NCBI GenBank assembly: GCA_021613535.1
Contig: CP075495.1
Location: 11,842,001-11,906,000 of the forward strand
DNA: 64,000 nucleotides
Source: Adineta vaga
Taxonomy: Eukaryota > Animalia > Rotifera
Direction: 5' to 3'
Numbering within the stretch: the first letter of the stretch is position 1; every line of letters begins with the position of its first letter. A program made the translations under genes and the position numbers. Positions 51,442 to 62,560 of this stretch are shown here, in pieces. Under the pieces are notes generated by a model that did no database searches, was not told where the DNA came from, and worked only from the letters and a program-made list of their open reading frames with translations.

Positions 51442-53636
51442 AAAAAAGAAAGCTATATATGATGACTTCTTACATTCGATGCTTCTTTTCTTTTTCTATT
51501 TTCAAATCTCAATAATAATAATACAAAATCTTTTTTTTTGTTTTTGTCGTTTGTATTTGTGATGTGATCGTGGATATTTTTATGTAATTTTATTTAATCA
51601 TTCCAATGTTTTTATCTCTGCAATCAATCTAGATTTCCATTTTAACCTATATATATGCCTTCTATTTTTTTTTCATGTCAAAATATGCATTTTTATATCA
51701 GTTGAAAACAATGGTGAGAATGAATGTGCATCTATTTGTGTAAATATACAATATTAATAATAAAGACATGTTGATGATTAAAATTAAGCTTTTTTTATAC
51801 TCATGATGATAGATATATCTTGATCATAGGTAAATCTCAAGTAATCCAATCTGTAAGTTCTTATTTGCAGTCATATTTATGTATGTCTTCTAGTCATTGA
51901 AATATATTTATTGATACTTCGAAAAAGTATTGTATATAAAACTATTTCTCTCCGACATCATTGACATTTACTGAACTGTTTATTTTTCTATGTATTTTAG
52001 TCGAAAATTCACTATACTCTATTATGATGATCATTTTTTCTAAAGAATATGGAATCTGTCTCAATTGAATTATAACTAATCAGTTTTTGTATAAACATTG
52101 TTGTTATTCATGTTATGGTCATTGTACGTTCAATAGCTATCGTTTATAAACATTTTTCACTTCTATTCGTGAATCATCGCAGGAGTCCACCAGTAATAAA
52201 CCTAATATCTGCTATTTTAATTGCCATCTTCTCACATTATTGATAATATTTGTTTTTATTGACATTCATTAGAGTATTCTATAGTGAAAAAACTGTACAT
52301 CATTTGTTACAGTTTCTCAAACAAATCTTCACGATTATACGTTGAAAGCAGACGAGCTTCGTGCGTCAAAATATTTCTCAAAACCATCAAAAGTTTGAAA
52401 ATCAGCATCATGAATAAGCAAACTGAGATCAAATACGAATTTATTTATTTATTCTACATTCAACTGTTTTCTGTTTATTACATTACTATGTTTAATCAAG
52501 ACTTATATCCATTAATTCAAATCGTTTGAACAAAAAAAGACTTTCATTGTTGATCTCCGCTTTATAATGAGAAACAGAGTATACATAGTATCGTCTATCA
52601 TCTTTTCTCTCGCGTCATCTCTTTTTTCAAGATGCTCTTCTCGTGTTTTGTTTTCTCTCATTGCATATCATATGAACTATCAAATAAGTGTAGATTCCCA
52701 CGATCGATTGAATATACATATTCTTTTCTTCTTCTTCTTCTTTTTTTTCTTCATTGACTAGACTAACATACGGAAATGAATGTACATGGGAAGAAGAGAT
52801 ATTTTGATGTGGATTGTTCACGCCAACAATTTAATTACTTTCTTTTATCGACACAAATAAGATATAGATGTATATTAAACATTTATAGTTTTCTTAAGGT
52901 GTGTTCAACACGTTGAACGTGTTGAATCGAACGATGTCATCGGTATGATCGATAGATGGGAGGAAGAAGAATGGAAGTGAATGTTCAATTTGAAAGAGAT
53001 TAAACATTCTTTCTATGTGATATTCATTAAATATCCAAGATAACAGGAATTTTAAGAATTTTCTCTTTTTATTCAACAAGATACAATCAATTCGATTCTT
53101 TAGAGATTAAATTCATTAATTCATAGAACAAAGTAGAATATATGATGAGCTTTAAAGATTCATTGATCGATTCTTTTTGAATTCGTTCAACACGCGCACA
53201 ACCGCTGATACTTTTCTAATAAAGATAATTGGAGAGAATGTGGTCAATCTCTCATCAGAACTGTCCGCCATTGCATGTTATTGTCTGTCTACTTTATCAT
53301 GACGGATATCCGATAGCGGTACTGTGTCCTTTTTTCTTTCTACTCTTCATTTCCTACTTCAGGTATTTTCTAATTTTCAACCTCATTATTGTGCTGTTCG
53401 ATTGTTTTTGTTTTGATTTCGTATTGGAAAACAGAAAATTTTTTGTTTATATGTCAATATCGACACTTGTCTGGTTGCTAAGCAAGTAGTTGAAAAACAA
53501 AAAATATGTGCATATACATGCCGACATATATACGTATCGACGGTTGAGCGTCCGCGCGCGTTCGCCTTCGTTCGTATGTTCATGAACCTTGTCGTCTTAA
53601 GATTATGCAGACAATGTGGACGACCAGAGAGGAAGA

Positions 53637-53662
53637 GAAAGAAGAAGAAGAAGAAGAAGAAA
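53637..53662. repeat. (AAG)n purine tract upstream of the Bcl-2 gene
   Basis: Visible GAA repeats. Similar CTT/GAA tracts occur at about 15347, 25844, 33817 and 52726. Confidence 0.8.
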
Positions 53663-53936
53663 AGTGAGGAGAGAACATAGTGATCGAGCACGAAAGAGAG
53701 AAAAAGAGAAAAGGATTGTCCAGTTTTTTTTGTCTGTTCTCTCTTTTTCTTTTTTGTTTCATAGACGTGCGCTCGCGTTCTTCTCTTCTTCATTGCTACC
53801 ATTGACCGCCACCGTCATCATAACCATCATTTTACAAATGAAACAACAGTCGTTATAAAAATTCTTCTTTAACCGTTGATCAATATTATTATTATTATTA
53901 TTATCATAATCATTAAACGACAAACTCTTCAACAAT

Positions 53937-54978
53937 ATGGGTGCAAATGATAGTCCAACAGCAACTCGAACAATTGTGACTGATTATTTCGATTGGCGTT
54001 TAAATAATAGAACAATAACGAACAATCGTTTATTTTCCATTGTACGTAAAATAGCTAGTGATTGTGAAACAGCTTATCATGCTCAACAACCAGAATTCAA
54101 TCTACATTTTTCTGAACCAAATGATCCTGTACAAACATTAAATAATATTAAATCCACGCATAATGAAATAGGAACAGAACTATTTGCTGATGGAGGAATT
54201 TCGTGGACACGTATTATAACATTTATAACATTTTCAGCACTTCTTGCTGAACGTATCATACAACAACAACAAGCAGCGAATTTACCATCAACATTGGTGA
54301 TTTCATCATTAGTCGATTGGACATCCGATTTTATTAATACAAATCTTCAAACTTGGTTAGAAAGTCAAAATTATTGGGTAAAAAGCAAACTTTTTTTTTG
54401 TTTTTATTCAATAATAACTGTTCATATGTTTATTCTTATTCAGGCTGGTTGCTTGAAACTTCATGATAAAACGCCACAACGACGAAATTCAATTGGTCGT
54501 TATGCGGGCATTCTTGGAACTCTAGGTGTGTAATTGACTTTTCTTTAATCTGTCTCTTTATATATATATGGATACATCGAATAAAATCCTTAGAAGAGGC
54601 GTGTTCATATAGAGGACAGGTGATCAGATATTTGTTAGAACAACAGATTAGTAGAAAAGGCATATATGCGTGACAACATCATGCCTTTGGGAGGAAGAAA
54701 TGAGTCCAATAGCCAGATGTGATAGGAATGTATTGAGAGGATAATAGCTTTTACCCTGAACACACAGCAGTAGTGACAATCCATTAAACAATCAAGATGT
54801 ATGAATCTTCATTCTCCCACCTACTAGGCTAATGTGATAACAAGCTAAACGTGTATATGTGCGTTATCCGGTTCTAAAGAATAAAACTAATTATCTATAC
54901 ACAGCATGATATATATTCATCTTTTGTTTTCTTCTAGGTATGCTCACACTCGGCGCTTTATATATCAGACGAACTTAG
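53937..54978 (+). CDS. Bcl-2 family protein (exons 53937-54377, 54444-54525, 54938-54978)
   Basis: BH4-like TRTIVTDYFDWRL, BH3-like VRKIASDCE, BH1 ELFADGGISWTRIITFITF, BH2 TWLESQNYW with an intron immediately after the W, and tail anchor YAGILGTLGMLTLGALYIRRT*. Confidence 0.88.
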
Positions 54979-56493
54979 GAAAAAAAGTTAAAGAAACTAT
55001 TGCTTTTTTTTGTCTTTTTGGTAACAGTGATTCTTTGTTTTTATAACTATTGTTGTTCTTGTTTTGTGAAATATATACCTGGATCATATGTATGTATATA
55101 GATACAGATGGTGATATAAAACACCTGTAAAAAAACGAAATTCGCTCTTCGACTTTTGACTTGATTTATCTTTATGATAGATAATCTTGAAATACCATTT
55201 ATTTGTTTATCAAGCACATATCTGATTTATCCATCTGTCATGCGGTATTCAGTTGTATGTAGTCAAACTCAATCTTGGACATATAAATAAACGTATAAAA
55301 AAAACAAATGAGAAGATGACAATTAGAGCGTATGGACTACAATGAATGCTTTTATTTCGTACATTAGAGATTATCTGTGAGAATATATGACAGTTGTTTG
55401 TTATATCTTGTTAACAAGGATAATTTCATTTTCAAGTATAATTAACAATATCTTCATTCAAGTGAAAGAAAAATGTTGTTATGTTGATGATAATAAATTC
55501 AGATGCAATAGGAATAAGATTAGATCAAGAAAGAGAGAAAGAGAGAGAGAGATTCTCTTGAAATCAGACGATCGTCATTCAATGAATTTATTAGATATGG
55601 TATTGATCGCACAGATTTTATTCTGCATCATGCTTTAGGGTTGTTCATATGAAAATTAGATGGAAGCTGATGAAATGTTATTTTTTACAATGTATACATG
55701 AAACATAGAGTATTGACAGAAAGTTTACAGCGCTACTTGAAGAGATATTACTTCATAAGCGATATTATTGATCATGAATGCAATAGAACAGTATAGAAAA
55801 TCAGTTTGAAGTGCGTCGAAGAAAAACAATGACAAGAGAACTTTTATCTTTCATAAATACTTTCGACCGAAAGATAACATTTCTATGGAATTCTTTGAAA
55901 TTTATATCAATGAAACAATTTATTGTTGGATAGAATAACTAGACTACTCTACAATATTGTTTCTTATGAAGAGAAAAAACTCTATTTGTTTCTCCATTGG
56001 ATTATCTATTCCATAAAAGATGATGTAAATCTTCGATACTCATAATAATTCGACTGGAAAAGGTCAATGAATTTCCATCGATCTAAATCCAATATGAAAC
56101 TAATATAAACTTCATACTAGATTAATCATAATCATTGGAGAGGATTGTCATTTAAATATTGTTAAAACTGCATATCATCGTTGCCGCATGGCAGTCATAA
56201 AAGAGATTTATACCATCGATCGTAAATCTGTTATACTGTTACCAACAATAGTTTTATCGGGTTTGTTAAGAAAAGGGCAAGCAATGTCACTGTGTCAACA
56301 TACCGAAACCATAGTAGTGAATATGTTTTATTACTTTCAAGTATTAATGTATACTAAGCTTTTCTTTTTTAATCTGTAATATACGATCCTTATCTATGCA
56401 TTCGAACATTGAAATACACCGATCTCTTGCAATAGCTGCATTTAGAAGAAATTTATCGATTCACTTGTAAGATAAAGTCGAGAGAATACAACA

Positions 56494-57395
56494 ATGGGTG
56501 GTGGTGCTGGAAAATCAAAACCTAAACCGGTCAATCAACCAGTGCAACAAGTAATACCTCCTCCATTACAACAAAATGTTAGAAATATCTCCCCCTTACC
56601 AACTATGCCAGTACGAACAAATCTGTCGCCTGTTGAAGAACAGACCGATTTTCGAACTAATCGAACATCATCGAGAAATAGTTTGAAATCATCTAAACAA
56701 AACAAAACTACTTTGGATGATAGCATCGAAAATGATTCTACAGGTGTGTATAATTAGTTTATCTAAAACATCTCAATGAGTTGATACATTTTGCAAGTAT
56801 ATTTTCAGTTGATGAAGATCATCTTCGACTGCCGCCAATTAATAATTCTTTTGGAAAATCGAAATCACGTTCAGTTTCCAAGGCTTCAACGCCAAGTGTT
56901 GCACCAGTATCGATTCGTCGACCTTTAACGGGTTCAAGTACATCATCTGTCTCTCATGTACATCATCATCGGAAACATTCGGCAACACATCATGGACAAG
57001 ACGGTCGTTACTGTTCGCATTGTCCACATTGTAGACGAAGAAATGATGGTGAGCCATCTTTACCACCAACTCCACCACTAAAATGGCTAACAGAAAAACC
57101 AAATAAAGAAGATTTAAGCATCAATATGGATGACTATGATATCGAAGCTGTCAAGAAAAAAATTCTTAAAGAAACTGGTCATCTTCCTGGTTCTTATGAT
57201 TATCAACCTCAATTAACAATTGAACAAACAAATGATTATGATTCTACTAAAGAAAACTATTATACTTTACCATTTGTTGCTAAAACGGCTCCATATGTTT
57301 CAGCAACACGTACGCCATTTCCAGATTACAATGTTTTACAACGTAAAGAACGACGTATTAACAAACCATATACAATATCATTATTTGCTGATTAA
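56494..57395 (+). CDS. Orphan low-complexity protein with N-myristoylation-like start (exons 56494-56743, 56809-57395)
   Basis: MGGGAGKSK start, phase-1 GT-AG intron joining two long ORFs, His-rich plus CSHCPHC segment, and AATAAA at 57481. Confidence 0.75.
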
Positions 57396-57581
57396 TTTTT
57401 TATTTTTATTATCAAGAAAATCAATCAATTTTTTTCCTTCTACTTTGATTTATATCTATCTATTTTCATTCTTAATCTTCAATAAACACTTCTGAATCTT
57501 TTCAAATTATTTTTCAATTCTGTATTAAATGAGAAAAAAAACAATATACATAGCAACGAATATTCTAATTGTTATGAGAAC

Positions 57582-57893
57582 ATGAACATTTTCAGCACTC
57601 TATTCATATCGTTACTAGTACTGCTCAATGGTATTGACAATACACCATTAGAAAAATTTACTATACGATCTTATTTCTTACATAATTATCAACCAAATAT
57701 TGTTCGAACTGACATGTTAAACGACAAAATAGCAGATAAACCACAAGAGAATATAAATAACATCAACAATAATATTATACAACGGAAACGACTTTATCGT
57801 TGCACATCATGTCATCTATATGACTGTTGTCAAAAAACAACTTGTCTATGTATAAATGATTACTGGGGTCCCATTTGTTATTGTAGAAAATAA
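57582..57893 (+). CDS. Secreted knottin/agatoxin-like prepropeptide
   Basis: Signal peptide, pro-region, RKR convertase site, and mature LYRCTSCHLYDCCQKTTCLCINDYWGPICYCRK with framework C-C-CC-CxC-CxC. Confidence 0.8.
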   Translation: MNIFSTLFISLLVLLNGIDNTPLEKFTIRSYFLHNYQPNIVRTDMLNDKIADKPQENINNINNNIIQRKRLYRCTSCHLYDCCQKTTCLCINDYWGPICYCRK

Positions 57894-58237
57894 TCTTTTA
57901 TTAATCTAAATGGAATCATATCGAGAAAAATGAGAGAATATTCCGTTCTTAGCTTTTTCTTTCCTCTATACTTTCCTTTTTCTTTTCGACAATCATATTT
58001 GGTTGAACATGACTAGTTAATTGTGTAAATTAAAAATAGACTAAAGTAAACTTTGAGTTAATCTTATTTGTTATATGCTAATATTCTCTTGCCGTTGCAG
58101 CCACTTGGACCAATTGATTATCTCTCGTTTATCTTGCTCTTGAAGATGAAGACGTGCTGTTCTTCATCCTTCTTTTTCTCTTTCGATTATTTGACTTCCT
58201 ATGTGTTTTTCGAAGAGTTTCTATATTGATTCTACTT

Positions 58238-58297
58238 TCTCTCTCTCTCTCTCTTCCTAGGACATTTCTTTCTCATATATATATATATATATATATC
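58238..58297. repeat. (CT)n and (TA)n microsatellites
   Basis: Visible runs upstream of the nAChR gene. Confidence 0.8.
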
Positions 58298-58748
58298 TTT
58301 TTTGTTACTCATTTTTTTCTAGATCGACCTTGATCATCGTTAGCGACTCATATACAGGATTTTATTATTTGACTTTGTTTCTCTATCATCACCGTTTTCT
58401 TTCCTTTGAACTATAGAAAAGAGGAAGAAATGATTATCTACTCATGAACACGAGCAAGAAAAAAAACCCGCAATGAATTCACATTCTTTAATAACACAAA
58501 AAAAGACATGACGAATCTAGACAATGAAGCTAACTATTTCAATAACAAGCCTGACAAAGTTACAAAAAGTCTTTCTTGTTTCATTACTCGACTAAATTCT
58601 TTTCTATATGTCACAACGATTCATTTTTTGTGACCATTAGAAAGACAGCTGGTACCCATCATTATCTCATCAGTTACTTGTCATTCTGGAGGATGAAATG
58701 ACAAATTGTATCAATATACATATGGTGTAATGAAACTTGTTTAAATAC

Positions 58749-61380
58749 ATGTCGATCATATATATACTTAGAATTCTTCTTATTTTTGGTGTCTGTGATA
58801 TTTTATTTCAATTTGTTCAAACTTCAGAAGGTGAAAATCGTCTTGTACATTATTTATTTTCTGAACAAGGTTACAATCCACTTGTACGACCAACTCAACA
58901 CTCAAATGAAACAGTTCTCGTTTCATTTGGTCTTCTATTAGTTCAATTAATTCATGTAATGTTTTGATTTAGTCTTGATATTTACAAATTGACTTTCTTA
59001 GGTCTATGAAAAAGAACAAATTATGAAAACAAATACATGGTTACATATGAAATGGTGAGTGAATGATGATTATATATTGAAGAATCATTGAAATAATGAC
59101 TTTAGGTATGATCCACAATTACGATGGAATCCTGAACGATATGGTTTGAAGATTTTTGTATTTGGAATATTGATTATATATTCCTCTCGTTTCATTAGGA
59201 GGTGTCGATCAAATCAGTGTACCTTATACAAATGTTTGGACACCAGTGAGTTAAAATAATCTTTATTGATAAACATCAACGTATCCAATCAGTTGTGCAT
59301 AATGAATGTTTAACTGTAGAAACGTTCATTGAAATTGTTCATTTATATTTAACAAAGCTTTGATTCATATTTCATCTATGAGAAGATAGTTATTTAAAAC
59401 AAAACTAATTTCAAATATATTCATTATCTTTCTGAAACTATATTTGACATCATACGTCTAATAAATATCAAATCAATATTTGCTAAAGAAAAGATGAATA
59501 GTACGATCGGCTGATTTAGTTTATGCTTCAAAAATCTAACAAAAAACTTTCTGATGTTTCGGTATATACGTAGATTTAGGTTATAGATCTTTGAATATTC
59601 TACCGATAAAATACATTCATACTCTTATTATTTGTAGGATGTTGTCTTATTCAATAATGCAGGTAAAAATGCTTCATATAAACATATAATTTCCTAGTTT
59701 TTATTTATATAATTCATAGATGGAAATTATGAAGTTTCATTCAAATCCAAAGTAGTTCATTACATACAGGTGAAGTTCAATGGATTCCGCCTGCAATCTA
59801 TAAATCTTCTTGTCGAATTGATGTGAAATTCTTTCCATTTGATACACAAAGATGTGAAATGCGTTTTGCATCATGGACATACAATGCTCGAGAAGTAGCA
59901 TTTACTCATTACAGTGAAGAACGCGAAAAAAATTTTGAAATAACAAAATTATTAACACAACAAGCAATCAGTGTTACTAGTGATGAACCATACAAAGATG
60001 ATTATCTTGAAAGTGGAACATGGGATGTTATAAGTGTATGAAGAAAATGTTCAAATAAATTCAACTATTCGTTCTTTTCTTTTCTCTTTAGATTCCAAGT
60101 AAATTTGTTCATTATTATTCGAATGCATCAAGTTTATCACCTGATTACATTGAAATTGTATTTTCGATTGAAATGAGTCGTAAAACATTATATTATACGG
60201 TTAATTTAATTGTTCCAACAGGTTTAATGGGCATTCTTATATGTATTGTTTTCTGTTTACCAACGGCAGCTGGAGAAAAGATGACACTCTGCATGTCAAT
60301 ACTTTTAGCTTTAAATCTCTTTCAACTTCTTGTTACAAAAATTTTACCACCAACATCCGCTGTTGTTCCATTGATAGCAAAATATTTACTTTTTACATTT
60401 TCACTAAATGTTCTTGTCATCGGTAAATTGAAGATGAAATTCATCATTTGTAAATATTTCATTTGTTTCTTTCTTTCTTTAAGTTAATACTGTTATTATA
60501 ACAAATTTCTATTATCGTACACCGATGACTCATACAATGCCTGGTTGGGTACGACGATTTTTTATTCATATCCTTCCACGTTTATTATGGATGGAATCTC
60601 CCAAATTAAAAGCAAAACGTCAACAATATGAAATGACAACAATAATGAATAAGATGGAAAAATCAGTGATTCTTCAAAATCCTATTCATACTATAGATGA
60701 AACAGTTCAAACAAAACCTAATTCAAAAACAAAAACAACACATAGTCCTAAGGTAATTATCTACTGACAAGAGAACTTTCAAATAAAACATGAATTTTTA
60801 TTCTTTTACAGGAACAACGTCCTAATCGTGAATCTGATGCTTCATTAGTTACTTATATGAATGATAAACGTCGAACATCGACTCTTCTTCTAAAACCAAT
60901 GGCCTATTCTAAACCTTCGAGTTTTCAAAATCCCAAACGAAAATACTTTTTTTTCGAAGAAGAAAAACGTCTGGTTCCTGTACATTCAAAATCTAAACCG
61001 AAACAAAGTCGTCATCAATTACAAGTTGAACAAATGCGACGAGAATTAACTCAAGCTCTAGAAAATATTCGTTATATTGCTACACATTGTGAACAAGAAT
61101 CTTTAATTGAATCTGTACGTGATGAATGGAAATTTATTGCAACAGTTATTGATCGTCTACAATTTGTGATCTTTTTAACAGTAACTATATGTGGATCATT
61201 TGCTTTACTTTCTGAAGTATGTAAAAATAGTTTTGTCTTTCATGGATTTATTTATTTATTTCTATGTTTATATAGGGATCATATGTCTTTCGATTTGGTT
61301 CGTCTGATTCACAAAAACTTATACGATTTTCCAATCCTAATACGACCGTTCATGAATTAACTCGAACAGCTCGAAACTAG
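58749..61380 (+). CDS. Nicotinic acetylcholine receptor subunit, non-alpha, cation-type (multi-exon; one 1-nt frameshift in this sequence)
   Basis: Signal peptide, [36 protein letters not shown], Cys-loop [37 protein letters not shown] (M2), [12 protein letters not shown] (M4). No vicinal CC in loop C. Confidence 0.95.
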
Positions 61381-62514
61381 TTTGAATTCTGTGTTTCTAT
61401 CTTCACATTTTATAGTAGTAGAATATGTATGCCTTAACATTTTGATGATCAAAACCGATGTCATCTGTTAAAATTTTATATAATATTTTGAAGAGATAAT
61501 TAGAAGGGAAGTTATCTTCAATATGTTTTGATAAATGTAAGGTGTTTGATCACACCTAATCCGACAAATTCTTGATGTTTATATGTACTAACACTTTTTT
61601 GACAAAATGTTCAATGTGTCGGTATGTGACGCCCTCTTCAGTTGTCATCGAATATTCTACACATCTATTAAGTTAGAAAGACTGTATTGTCATTTCTCCT
61701 TCTAATAATATGGAAAAGTTTGATTGAGTTAGAAGTATTGAATAGAATTCATCTGTACATTTAATACTTTGTACAAACAACGTTTCTTTTTCACATTTAT
61801 CATTTGCACATTGGAATCAATTTTCATTATTCCCTAAAGTCTTCTTCGTAAATTGATTTCTTAAAATATGCTTAATGAAAACAATTTCACATAAAATGAC
61901 CATCGTTCATCTTTTAACATGAAATGACAAACGAACATTTTGACAAGTTAATAGTTAGTTTCATTGTCAACATATTAATCAATAAAATATCATTCTCAAT
62001 CACCACTCTTAATGATCTAAATTTCTAACTTTGATCTGCTCATTCAAATCTTGCTATAGAACTTTCTCTCTCCCAAAAACAAAATACGATCATGTCGTTG
62101 AATACAAACAATCTATCAACACATGAATTTTTAATCTTTTCATAGACAACATTCCAAAAAAGAATGTATGTTGCTACATAATACTATCACAACACACACA
62201 CACCCTAGGCTATTCATTGCGATGAAATGGATATTTGATTTCATAGAAGTATCACAATAACAAATGTAGAAGAAACGATTTGATTTTTCTGAAAAATCTC
62301 TACATATGTCAAATAGACATACATTTGATCTCAGCTGGATATCTAATTGTGAATGAACATGAGAAAAGAAACGAAAGAAAGATGAACATTGAACATATTT
62401 GTTTTGATTGTAAATGAGAATATGACTGTAAAAACACGACTGTCGTCCTTCTGTCTGTTTAAACACAGTAGGTATTCAATATTCTTCATTGATCACAATA
62501 GGAAATCTAATTGA

Positions 62515-62560
62515 TGACAACAGACAGACAGATAGACAGACAGACTGATAGATAGATAAT
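62515..62560. repeat. Degenerate (GACA)/(GATA) tetranucleotide repeat
   Basis: cagacagacagatagacagacagactgatagatagata. Confidence 0.7.

Noticed and set aside
52284-53858. Cluster of 60-140 aa ORFs between IMPDH and the Bcl-2 gene
   Set aside because: Low-complexity translations of CTT/GAA tracts with no homology cues.
54526-54937. Intronic snoRNA in the long Bcl-2 intron
   Set aside because: No convincing paired C/D or H/ACA boxes with terminal stems by eye. An Infernal/Rfam scan would be decisive.
17040-59830. Programmed -1 frameshifting or insertional RNA editing as a shared system behind the four coding frameshifts
   Set aside because: The sites share no slippery heptamer, motif or evident downstream structure. 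Single-base deletions in short runs are the usual long-read error. Kept only as items to verify.
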